Part shown: in pieces, positions 1-7,316 of the stretch
Layout: every line of letters starts with the position of its first letter
Position numbering within the stretch: position 1 is the first letter of the stretch
From: a virus
Taxonomy: Duplodnaviria > Heunggongvirae > Uroviricota > Caudoviricetes
Length of the DNA stretch: 9,947 nt
Strand: one strand, 5' to 3'
IMG/VR virus record: IMGVR_UViG_2579779116_000007
Coordinates: 1 to 9,947 of that record
Program-made: the position numbers and the translations under genes
The notes under the pieces: generated by a model
Told to the model about the DNA's origin: nothing
The model's input: the letters and a program-made list of their open reading frames with translations, nothing else
Database searches by the model: none

Positions 1-564
1 GCTTCATAGCCTGCTTCTCCTTGCCTTTCGGCACGTAAGAGGCTAACCTAGATTTGCCGTTCATAGATTGAGCCTCAGATTAATGTTAAGCGTCTTGCAG
101 GACGCGTAATGTTAACTGGGGCTTTTCTCTATCTGCCTTTTGGTGTTCATGCCTGAGACAGATAGCCTCAAGCACCCGCAGCAATTCTAACTATCCAATA
201 GATCAATGCCAACTTCTTTTCCTGCAACATCTCTCATCATAAGTGACCAAAATTCATCCAATCAGCACAAAAGAAACATTTAAAGCGTGAATGCTACCGA
301 ACGTTCATTTCAATTACATCGTTTTGATTTTTAACAGTTTTTACCTCAACAAATCAAATGGCATTAGCATTCATCATGGAAGAAAGACTGATAAAAATGA
401 TCATTTTCAATGACTTATGATCACACCGGGTATTGCCAAGTCATTCCTTTTACGCCAGGATACCCACAAGTGAGTAGTCGAGGAGAGTTTGCCAATTTTT
501 GCGATATAAATTTCAATGTCCGAAGAACCATTAATTGTTAATTGATTCTGTATAAGGTATTAAC

Positions 565-1662
565 ATGACAATTTCATATATTCCTATTCTGAAAGCGAAA
601 CGTTCTGAGTTATCAGCTTTATCGCAGCTATCCATTGAAAAGAAATCAAAAATTTTGCCATTACTCGAAATTGAACCAGTGCCAATTGACCCTGATTCAG
701 GTATTGCCTTAAAGAGTTATAACGAGACTCTTATAGAGTTCGGAAAGAAAGTCTCAAAATCTTGCTCAGATATGCAAGGTGTTTATATTGATGGATTATT
801 AATTGAAGAGCATTTTATTTCTCCTGAAGATCATTACCCTATAATAAATGCGGTTAATCAAGTTAGAGATATGGGGATAAGAGTTATTCCTGTCAGTTCA
901 CCAACTCGCCCATCTAACTATAAAAGAGCGATTGATGAATTAATGCAGAATGAAATATGCTTGAGATTAACCACGTTAGATCTGGTTAACCCACAATTAA
1001 TAACGCATTACATTAATCATCTGGGAATTCCTTTATCAAATATTGATATAATTATTGACTTAAGAGATGAGTTAACCGAGGATAAACTTAATTCCGGCGA
1101 ACTATATACTTTGGCAATGGGATTGATAAACAATCTGGCGCACCTCAATGAATACAGAAAAGTGATTCTTTCTGGGGGTTCATTTCCTACAGATCTCAGT
1201 GATATTTCTGTTGGTCTATATTCTCAACCTCGAATCGAGTGGATTTTATGGCAGAGTTTAATGAATAGAAAAGAACTTGCCAGAAATGTGATTTATAGTG
1301 ATTATGGAGTACAGCACCCCGACTTTAATAGGCTTTCGACGCGATTCCCTAACGTATCTGCCAGCGTCAGATACTCTGGAGATAATGACTTTTGGGTATT
1401 TCGAGGAAGAGTAGCTAATCGCTTTGGTTATGAACAATATGGTAAACATAGTGAGGATATTCTTGCTCATCGAGAATATTCAGGGCCTACATTCTGTGCG
1501 GGAGATAGAGACATAGAATATTATGCAAACGAGTATCAAGCCTACAAAGCCAATCCCTCTGGTAACTATAAATTTGGTAGCCCAGAGGTATGGCGTAGGA
1601 TTGGGCAAAACCATCACATAACTAAGGTTGTTGAGCAACTCGCCACTCTTTACGGGCTTTAA
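565..1662 (+). CDS. Hypothetical protein, 365 aa, AT-rich cargo gene; possible partner of the adjacent nuclease-like protein (from memory it resembles the uncharacterised sce7725-type partner family, unverified)
   Basis: ATG at 565 preceded by AAGGT (554-558) with a 6-nt spacer; uninterrupted 366-codon frame; codon usage rich in ATA/AGA/TTA, unlike the flanking prophage genes; no P-loop or methyltransferase motif recognised. Confidence 0.75.
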   Translation: MTISYIPILKAKRSELSALSQLSIEKKSKILPLLEIEPVPIDPDSGIALKSYNETLIEFGKKVSKSCSDMQGVYIDGLLIEEHFISPEDHYPIINAVNQVRDMGIRVIPVSSPTRPSNYKRAIDELMQNEICLRLTTLDLVNPQLITHYINHLGIPLSNIDIIIDLRDELTEDKLNSGELYTLAMGLINNLAHLNEYRKVILSGGSFPTDLSDISVGLYSQPRIEWILWQSLMNRKELARNVIYSDYGVQHPDFNRLSTRFPNVSASVRYSGDNDFWVFRGRVANRFGYEQYGKHSEDILAHREYSGPTFCAGDRDIEYYANEYQAYKANPSGNYKFGSPEVWRRIGQNHHITKVVEQLATLYGL

Positions 1663-2200
1663 GTTTAACTCGAACAGCTTCACGAAGCTCGCCAACATCC
1701 ATACTATTGGCGAGTTTTGACCATAAGACGCGTTTAGGTTTATTTTTCAAATTCTGTAGCTCCCCTACATCACTTAATAGGGAAAGCAATTCATCTTTCC
1801 AAAGAAGCATTGTTAAGGAAAGTTTGTCCACTTGTGGATTCAACTTGCTAGTTCGAATTGTTTTTAAATGGATACCTTGCCGTGCACCTTGCGTAACTTG
1901 CTTTATCCCCCACCATGATGGAACTATGCTTAAAGCATCATAAAGATGGCAATCAGAGACAACCAACGTTACTTTATCCATCACTGATGAGTAATGTTGC
2001 ACCTGCGCTGGTAATCTGAGCAAGTTATCACTTTTGCTCTTCAACTCATAACCATGTATAAGCCCATTGATCACTGCTATATCAGCTCTGCTAGCCCCCA
2101 GATTCATCGTAAACTCATCAATGATTAGGGTGTCAGGATCTTTATGATGATCTCTCAAAATCTTGGCATGCACAGCCTTTCTTACATCAATGTCTCTCAT
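1622..2200 (-). CDS. Hypothetical protein, 192 aa, with a putative PD-(D/E)xK nuclease-like core (E...D-x11-E-x-K); possibly sce7726-like (from memory, unverified)
   Basis: ATG at 2200 (weak SD); 193-codon frame; the segment IIDEF...SRADIAVINGLIHGYELKSKSD places acidic residues and a lysine in the spacing typical of restriction-endonuclease-fold active sites; 3' end overlaps the convergent 365-aa gene by 41 bp. Confidence 0.7.
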   Translation of the reverse strand: MRDIDVRKAVHAKILRDHHKDPDTLIIDEFTMNLGASRADIAVINGLIHGYELKSKSDNLLRLPAQVQHYSSVMDKVTLVVSDCHLYDALSIVPSWWGIKQVTQGARQGIHLKTIRTSKLNPQVDKLSLTMLLWKDELLSLLSDVGELQNLKNKPKRVLWSKLANSMDVGELREAVRVKLKARKEWRVAQQP

Positions 2201-2385
2201 ACCATAGTTGCGCTTTCATCGACTCTCTCAAGCCATGATTCTATATCATGGTTCGCATGAATGCCATTTGATATGACCAGTGGTTGAACATTGCACAGAA
2301 AAGTGGATGTGTATTTTAACAAAAGCAATGACGGCTAACCATGTTGGTATGTCGATAAAATGTTTCAACGTAAGCATTATCTGTT

Positions 2386-2401
2386 CCGCCCTTTCGGGCG
2401 G
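2386..2401. repeat. GC hairpin CCGCCC-TTTC-GGGCGG, copy A (reads as a GAAA tetraloop on the minus-strand transcript)
   Basis: Perfect 6-bp stem with 4-nt loop; an identical sequence recurs at 3061-3076; no U-tract follows on either strand. Confidence 0.7.
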
Positions 2402-2430
2402 CCTCCTGATGTTCTGAGGGTGCAGAAATC

Positions 2431-2481
2431 CCTCCGGTTAAGGATTAAATTGTATTTACAGCGCTAAATTTATTTATTCAG
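2431..2481 (-). promoter_or_regulatory. 51-bp intergenic module, copy A (AT-rich upstream region plus GGAGG SD) that is not followed by a gene: an empty cassette junction
   Basis: About 92% identical to 3306-3356; its last three bases form the TAA stop of the 118-aa gene; the body that module copy B drives is missing here, replaced by about 25 bp containing a short hairpin (GAGGG-n10-CCCTC, 2415-2434). Confidence 0.55.
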
Positions 2482-2830
2482 TTCTGGATTTTGTCGCCCT
2501 GCGTATCCGCGCTTTCGCGTTACGCTCAATCTGAATTAACTTTTCTATATTTTTCCGTCTTTCCTGTTCCTCCTGGCGCAATAGCCTTACATCATCTGCC
2601 AGTCTGGTTTCTCTTTTCGCCACTGAGAGCATCCAGTCAAACGGCTCCACAACTGCACCGCAGATTTTACAGCGGACCTGACGTTCTTTTTCGTCAACCC
2701 GGACAGAGGCGTGATGGCAATATGGTCTTTCCGATGGCTCATAAAGAAAATTAACCTGATTACGTGGGTCATCCTCTTTTGCCGGAAATAAAACAATATT
2801 ACTTAACTCATCTTCTGGTTTTATTTCCAT
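2474..2830 (-). CDS. Hypothetical small phage protein, 118 aa, with a Cys/His cluster (C-H-H...C-K-I-C) suggesting a zinc-ribbon
   Basis: ATG at 2830 with AGGAGAGGAG SD just upstream on the minus strand; the longer ORF-track start (2956) lacks an SD. Confidence 0.6.
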   Translation of the reverse strand: MEIKPEDELSNIVLFPAKEDDPRNQVNFLYEPSERPYCHHASVRVDEKERQVRCKICGAVVEPFDWMLSVAKRETRLADDVRLLRQEEQERRKNIEKLIQIERNAKARIRRATKSRTE

Positions 2831-3060
2831 ACTCCTCTCCTTTGATGCGCAAGTGGTTTTTCCAGCGGTTTTGCGCCGCGCTTCTGCTCCGCCAGACACC
2901 GTAAAAACGAATAGAGGAACACCCCCTAAAACCCAGATATCTATAATAAATAACAAGCCGATTTGAGATACGGATACGCTGCCCGGGCTTTGCTATCAGC
3001 ATCTTTGCTTTACGGTTTTTCATCGTTTTGTTCTCCGATTAGTTCAGCCATTTTTATTAC

Positions 3061-3076
3061 CGCCCTTTCGGGCGGC
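3061..3076. repeat. GC hairpin CCGCCC-TTTC-GGGCGG, copy B, immediately 3' of the 72-aa gene on the minus strand
   Basis: Identical to 2386-2401 including the following CCTCC; sits 10 bp beyond the stop of the 72-aa ORF. Confidence 0.7.
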
Positions 3077-3085
3077 CTCCCGACA

Positions 3086-3304
3086 TTAATCGTTGTGGTA
3101 ACTCATGGCTTCATTTGCAGCATCAACCGGATCAACCTGCCACCAGCAATAATTTGGGTCGGTTCCTTCAGGTGTCCACGGTTCTAATTCATTTTTTGCC
3201 ACATTCTCGTCACCAGTAATTTTAAAAATCTGCTCCGAGAATTTTTTTACCCACTCGTTATATTTTTCCGCATTAATGGTTTTCTGTGTATTTAACATAG
3301 ACAT
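3086..3304 (-). CDS. Hypothetical small phage protein, 72 aa (moron-like gene bracketed by module B and hairpin B)
   Basis: ATG at 3304 with GGAGGT SD; flanked upstream by the 51-bp module and downstream by the GC hairpin. Confidence 0.55.
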   Translation of the reverse strand: MSMLNTQKTINAEKYNEWVKKFSEQIFKITGDENVAKNELEPWTPEGTDPNYCWWQVDPVDAANEAMSYHND

Positions 3305-3305
3305 A

Positions 3306-3356
3306 CCTCCGGTTAAGGATTAAATTTTATTTACAACACTAAATTTAATTATTCAG
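3306..3356 (-). promoter_or_regulatory. 51-bp intergenic module, copy B: AT-rich upstream region plus SD for the 72-aa gene
   Basis: Supplies the GGAGG SD for the ATG at 3304; contains TTTAGTGTT (minus strand, 3335-3343), the same 9-mer repeated in the immunity-region operators. Confidence 0.55.
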
Positions 3357-3549
3357 GCGCGCGAATCTGTTCCGCACAATGCAACAATGCTTCTGTCACT
3401 TCCTTAAGCGTTACGGTATCGGCATCATCCAGTCCTGCAACTTTTGCGTGCCTGACAAACGCCGCGCAAAGGTCGTTAAACGCCCCTGCCCACACATCCG
3501 CCAGGAAAGCGTTGGCAGCAGCCAATTCTTGGTAGTCAATCCCGCTCAC
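3349..3549 (-). CDS. Hypothetical small phage protein, 66 aa
   Basis: GTG start at 3549 overlapping the upstream stop (GTGA), with AGGAGGTGG SD; the stop TAA lies inside module B. Confidence 0.5.
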   Translation of the reverse strand: MSGIDYQELAAANAFLADVWAGAFNDLCAAFVRHAKVAGLDDADTVTLKEVTEALLHCAEQIRAPE

Positions 3550-3962
3550 TGTGCCACCTCCTGAAAATTACCCTGATAAAACGCCAGCACTCGCTGCATA
3601 ACCTCACTATTCCGGCACTCGCGACAGATTATGTTCTGTCGTCTGTTGTAACGACGTATTTCTCCGTCTGGTAATGAATAAACCAAGTCCGGGTCGCTCT
3701 TTTTTTTCACTGCTGCTTTCGACATCTTTTTGCGGGCCTTTATCCAGTCCTTACGAGCCTGTTCAGACGGGAATAGTCCGTAGCCAGAGTTGTATACATC
3801 ACCACTGGCAACCAGCTCTCTGGCGAGAACGCTCATCAGGTATCTTGTCGCCCCTGTTTTAGCTTCCAGTTGCCGTAACGTCTCGCGCCCACTCTGGCGC
3901 ACGAGTTCAATAACCTGCCCTTTAATTTTTTCCCGCTCTTCTGGTGTAAATACTTTTGCCAT
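3546..3962 (-). CDS. Hypothetical phage protein, 138 aa, basic, with a C-terminal CRECR motif
   Basis: ATG at 3962 with GGAGG SD and a 5-nt spacer; the ORF-track start at 3977 is a TTG without an SD. Confidence 0.6.
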   Translation of the reverse strand: MAKVFTPEEREKIKGQVIELVRQSGRETLRQLEAKTGATRYLMSVLARELVASGDVYNSGYGLFPSEQARKDWIKARKKMSKAAVKKKSDPDLVYSLPDGEIRRYNRRQNIICRECRNSEVMQRVLAFYQGNFQEVAQ

Positions 3963-3977
3963 AGGTGCCTCCGGCAA

Positions 3978-4748
3978 TCACTTTTCCGACACAATACGAC
4001 TGGAGGAATCGAAAATATGTCGAACAATATCCCGGTGCTTGTTCAGCTCCCGCAGCGCGGCGCAGATTCGCTCCCACTTCTGGACATGATTTTTCGCCCG
4101 ACGCAGTTCGCGGTTTGCCATATGCAGCGATGGTAAAACCAGGTCATCCGCTCGCGTTTCAGTAAACGATGGCAGCGACTGCACAATGTCCGCCACCGTT
4201 TCTGTTTTAATATCTTCCTGTGTTGCAACCTCCTGTACTGGTAACGCAACCCCCGCTGGCTGAGGAAAGGCTTTACCATCAGTTTCCGCTACCGATGCGG
4301 CTTTCAGTTCTGCTGATAAATTCTCGCCTGGCATGCAGTAACGAAATTTACCGTTCTGATTAACGCGTGCCAGCCGCCCTGTTGAGGTTACTACCGCCAG
4401 CGTGGAAGCAACCTTGCGAATGCTGACACCGAACTTACCCGCCAGTTCCTCACACGTTTTAGCCCCCTCCTTGCCGATAAACTCAATCATCATGTCAGCG
4501 GTAACTTTTTGTTCGCCCACCCCGGTTAGCACATCCGGTGCTTCAGATTGTACTGGCTGCTCTTCGGTTACCCCGGATTCACCTTCACCAGCCAGAAACC
4601 AGGTATGACCTGTTTTATCAACGACGCCATTTCTTTTGAGTTCCCACAGCTCGTTCAGCACTTCTTCACGACTGATATCAAGTCGCGCGGCCAGTTCCAC
4701 CGACGTGGCTTTTCCCATTGCTTTCAGCGCGTCAAAAACAGTCTCCAT
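3978..4748 (-). CDS. Hypothetical prophage protein, 256 aa, with two winged-helix-like segments (possibly a full-length YdaW/DUF1627-type protein, from memory)
   Basis: ATG at 4748 with GGGAGGAAA SD; two segments with HTH character ([30 protein letters not shown] and [24 protein letters not shown]). Confidence 0.65.
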   Translation of the reverse strand: METVFDALKAMGKATSVELAARLDISREEVLNELWELKRNGVVDKTGHTWFLAGEGESGVTEEQPVQSEAPDVLTGVGEQKVTADMMIEFIGKEGAKTCEELAGKFGVSIRKVASTLAVVTSTGRLARVNQNGKFRYCMPGENLSAELKAASVAETDGKAFPQPAGVALPVQEVATQEDIKTETVADIVQSLPSFTETRADDLVLPSLHMANRELRRAKNHVQKWERICAALRELNKHRDIVRHIFDSSSRIVSEK

Positions 4749-4770
4749 TAAAATTTCCTCCCGGTAAAAA

Positions 4771-5517
4771 TTACTTCTCAATTCCTGGCTGGATGACATT
4801 CGTGCGCCAGCTCTCCCAGTTAAAATTCACCCAGCGACCACCGTTCATGGTCATGCGGTCCATCACGCGCTCGCCAAGCAGCGTATTCATCGCCGTATGG
4901 TTCAGGTTCGTCAGCATCCCGACACTACGCATCGAAGCAGTTCTGCGGTCGACTATCTGGTTCAGTGTGACCTGCTCGTTGCGCGTATCCCGCTGCATTC
5001 CGATTTCATCCAGGACAAGCAGGTCAACATCACACAACCCCTGTAAAAATTTTTCGCCTGAGTTTTTGTTGTCGTAGCTGTTGTGTAACGCCAGCATCAC
5101 ATCAGCCACCGTTATCACAATCACGCTGCGACCTTTCGCCAGAAGATGATTGCCAATGGCGGCTGCAAGGTGGTTCTTTCCGGTACCCGGCTTACCGCTG
5201 AACACAAAATTCGTGCCCCCGGTCATCAGTTCGTCAGCGATGGATTTTGCCTGGCTCAGCGCATGTTTTTGCCCGTCGTTCTGCACCTGATAATTCGCAA
5301 ACGAGCATTTGCTGTGCAGAGGCTGGATGCCCGAACGATTCAGGATTTTTTCCACCCGCAACTGGCGATTCTGGCGGTTGCTCTCCTCGCTACGTTTTCG
5401 CCCTTCAGCCAGTTGCCACTCGCGCCACTCATCCACTGTCCGGTACGGCGCGATTACATGCTGCGGGGTCAGCTTACGGATACGCTCAAGAACACCACCT
5501 GCCGCGATATTTTTCAT
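4771..5517 (-). CDS. DnaC-like AAA+ helicase loader (phage P-equivalent; YdaV-like), 248 aa
   Basis: Walker [18 protein letters not shown] and Walker [10 protein letters not shown]; start lies 6 bp after the O-like gene's stop. Confidence 0.9.
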   Translation of the reverse strand: MKNIAAGGVLERIRKLTPQHVIAPYRTVDEWREWQLAEGRKRSEESNRQNRQLRVEKILNRSGIQPLHSKCSFANYQVQNDGQKHALSQAKSIADELMTGGTNFVFSGKPGTGKNHLAAAIGNHLLAKGRSVIVITVADVMLALHNSYDNKNSGEKFLQGLCDVDLLVLDEIGMQRDTRNEQVTLNQIVDRRTASMRSVGMLTNLNHTAMNTLLGERVMDRMTMNGGRWVNFNWESWRTNVIQPGIEK

Positions 5518-5523
5518 GGCCCG

Positions 5524-6471
5524 TTACCCCCTGAACCCCGGCGGAATTTCGGTATCCGGCTCAGAAATATGATTCACACAACGCTGTACAGACGAACGCC
5601 CCAGGCGGATAACCAGTTCATCCCATTTTTCGCGAAGCTTTGACGGACTCATGATATTTTTTACCCAGAATGGATCCCGCTGCACCCGACCAAACATTTC
5701 ACAAATTTGTCTGTGAGTTCTGCCATCCAGCATCCGCATTGTGCGCACGTCGTTGGCCCATGCGGTCCAGTTGGGTTCTTTCGGTCGCGAAATCTCGCCA
5801 TCATCGCTGGCGGCCTGCTCGTAAAGACTCACGATTCGCCCCCAGATCCACTGTGCACACGCCAAATCTTCCTGGTTACCCCACTGGCGTTTTTTCGCAC
5901 TGAACACAACCGCGTCAGGGTGTCGGGTTAAAAAGTCCTGTTCAGCCGTCTGCATGTCCGGTTGCGAAGCTTCCGGACGAAAAGATCTTTTATCTGACGA
6001 ATCAGGTTTTAATACTGACGGATCGGGGCCAACCATCGCCCCCCTATCCGACTGTTTTTTATCAACGGTTGATCCATCAAAATTTGATGGGTTAACCGTT
6101 GAGGGGGCAATATTTGACGGGTCATTTTTTGCCTGGCTAATTTTTCTTTTCGGTTTATATGCCTCACGCGCCGCCGCTGCTGCTGCTTCGAGTTTTTCCA
6201 CATTAAGACGGTAGATATTGCTTTCATTACGCCCACCGACCTTACGTTCCTCCTTCGTCAGCCAGCCGTTCTTTTCCAGTTCTGCTATCGCAGCTTTAAC
6301 CGTTGATTCACTCTTTGCCCCAATCTGACGACGAATGGTCTCCACCGCAGGCCATGACACACCTTCGTCATTGCTGTAATCTGCAAGGCGAGCCATAACT
6401 GCCACCCTGGATAAGATCATGCCGGTGAAGGCACACCCTTCCCAGACAAGACCATGAAGCTTGCTGCTCAT
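5524..6471 (-). CDS. Replication initiator, O-like/YdaU-like, 315 aa, with an N-terminal HTH and the origin iterons in its linker region
   Basis: ATG at 6471; N-terminal HTH-like segment; Ala-rich and Pro/Ser-rich linker whose coding DNA carries four iteron-like repeats followed by an AT-rich tract; positioned directly upstream of the DnaC-like gene. Confidence 0.8.
   Translation of the reverse strand: MSSKLHGLVWEGCAFTGMILSRVAVMARLADYSNDEGVSWPAVETIRRQIGAKSESTVKAAIAELEKNGWLTKEERKVGGRNESNIYRLNVEKLEAAAAAAREAYKPKRKISQAKNDPSNIAPSTVNPSNFDGSTVDKKQSDRGAMVGPDPSVLKPDSSDKRSFRPEASQPDMQTAEQDFLTRHPDAVVFSAKKRQWGNQEDLACAQWIWGRIVSLYEQAASDDGEISRPKEPNWTAWANDVRTMRMLDGRTHRQICEMFGRVQRDPFWVKNIMSPSKLREKWDELVIRLGRSSVQRCVNHISEPDTEIPPGFRG
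6061..6160. repeat. Putative phage replication origin: four iteron-like repeats (about 15-17 bp each, ending TTGAYGGG-like) plus an adjacent AT-rich tract, inside the O-like gene
   Basis: ATCAACGGTTGATCC / ATCAAAATTTGATGGG / TTAACCGTTGAGGGG / CAATATTTGACGGGTCA at 6061-6124, then TTTTTTGCCTGGCTAATTTTTCTTTTCGGTTTATAT. Confidence 0.6.
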
Positions 6472-6494
6472 AAAAAACTCCGAACACCGTGCTT

Positions 6495-6920
6495 TTAGTG
6501 CATCACCAAGGCATTTCCTGCCGGGCCACCACGATTCATCTGATTGAAACCAGCGATCGCCACTGCGACAAAATCATCAGCGTCTCTCACCAGTCGTTCC
6601 CGCGTCTCCACCAGCTCCCGAAAATAAGCTGAACTGTGGCTGCGCATTCTGGCCACCAGCAAAGGTGGCATTGCCTTTTCGATCGCTGGTAACAACGCCT
6701 GAATTTTTTCAACTGCATCAGGGGTGTCTTTCTCTACCCAGCGGAAAATTTTCTGGGTATTGCGAGCCAGGGCTTCCGGATGGCTGTCGTCATACAGTTC
6801 AGGAAACGTCATACCCAACTCAAAATAAGCCTGGGTTATTCCAGCTGCCGGAACTTTTTCACCATCCGGATGCGCCCAGGCATTCATCGCCATGCGGATG
6901 TGCTCATGTTTGATTTTCAT
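6495..6920 (-). CDS. ydaT: YdaT-family protein (CII-like regulator, historically annotated as a toxin), 141 aa
   Basis: Start MKIKHEH..., length and position after the Cro-like gene match Rac YdaT as I recall it; its ATG overlaps the upstream stop (ATGA). Confidence 0.75.
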   Translation of the reverse strand: MKIKHEHIRMAMNAWAHPDGEKVPAAGITQAYFELGMTFPELYDDSHPEALARNTQKIFRWVEKDTPDAVEKIQALLPAIEKAMPPLLVARMRSHSSAYFRELVETRERLVRDADDFVAVAIAGFNQMNRGGPAGNALVMH

Positions 6921-7219
6921 GAATCAACTCCATCAGATAAGCATGCACTACAATCACCTTCAGCATGAACTACATGTGTTTGCCCCAAACGAATGCCGCT
7001 CGCATACTCAGGCCAAATAAGCTCCCAATCATGGGGTCGTAGCTCCGCCCTACTTACTTGGCCTTCCGTCGCAGATTCGATCATAAGGGCGCGGGTTGGA
7101 GATATAGCTGCTCGTCCAGACGCCATTTGCGATAAGTAAGATGGCGATACACCAAGTCTGGCCGCGAATTTCTTAGCATCACCAACCCTCAATGATTTAA
7201 TAAACTCTTTTAATGTCAT
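6917..7219 (-). CDS. ydaS: Cro-like HTH regulator (YdaS-like), 100 aa, first gene of the leftward early operon
   Basis: ATG at 7219 with GAGGAAGG SD; HTH-like segment AARLGVSPSYLSQMASGRAAIS; divergent from the repressor gene. Confidence 0.7.
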   Translation of the reverse strand: MTLKEFIKSLRVGDAKKFAARLGVSPSYLSQMASGRAAISPTRALMIESATEGQVSRAELRPHDWELIWPEYASGIRLGQTHVVHAEGDCSACLSDGVDS

Positions 7220-7228
7220 ACCTTCCTC

Positions 7229-7316
7229 GGTTTAGTGTTTTTTTGCGAGTTTAGTGTTTAATAAACCATTAAGTCAAGTATTTGCTTGTTTAGTGATTAC
7301 TAAAGATAATTACCAC
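7229..7316. promoter_or_regulatory. Divergent immunity promoter/operator region: three direct GTTTAGTG(T/A)T repeats and two face-to-face sigma70-like promoters
   Basis: Repeats start at 7230, 7249 and 7288 (19 and 39 bp apart). Plus strand: TTGCTT (7282-7287), 17 bp, GATAAT (7305-7310), then 6 nt to the ATG at 7317, implying a leaderless repressor mRNA. Minus strand: TTGACT (reverse complement of 7272-7277), 18 bp, TAAACT. Confidence 0.55.

Noticed and set aside
1258-1698. Two minus-strand ORFs (70 and 72 aa) inside or antisense to the 365-aa cargo gene
   Set aside because: Typical antisense frames in AT-rich coding DNA, with no SD and low-complexity translations.
2808-3023. 71-aa minus-strand ORF (MKNRKAKMLIAKPG...) with a GGAG 9 nt upstream
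   Set aside because: It overlaps the SD and start of the 118-aa gene, and its C-terminal two thirds read as low-complexity out-of-frame sequence. Probably spurious, though a short N-terminal peptide cannot be excluded.
2386-3076. The two GC hairpins as Rho-independent terminators
   Set aside because: Neither copy is followed by a U-tract on either strand, so I kept them as repeat or RNA-structure elements only.
2963-3187. 74-aa plus-strand ORF spanning hairpin B
   Set aside because: It is antisense to the leftward operon, has no SD, is hydrophobic and low-complexity, and runs through the hairpin and the start of the 72-aa gene.
2386-3356. CRISPR array or IS element
   Set aside because: Only two repeat copies with unequal spacing and a gene between them; no terminal inverted repeats or transposase. 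No tRNA, rRNA or att site was recognisable anywhere in the window.
5146-5643. Plus-strand ORFs of 165, 95 and 87 aa antisense to the DnaC-like gene
   Set aside because: The DnaC-like frame has clear Walker motifs on the minus strand; the plus-strand frames are Arg/Pro-rich GC-frame artefacts.
7254-7316. Longer 144-aa form of the repressor starting at 7254
   Set aside because: Position 7254 is a GTG inside the operator repeat with no SD; the promoter geometry favours a leaderless start at the ATG at 7317.
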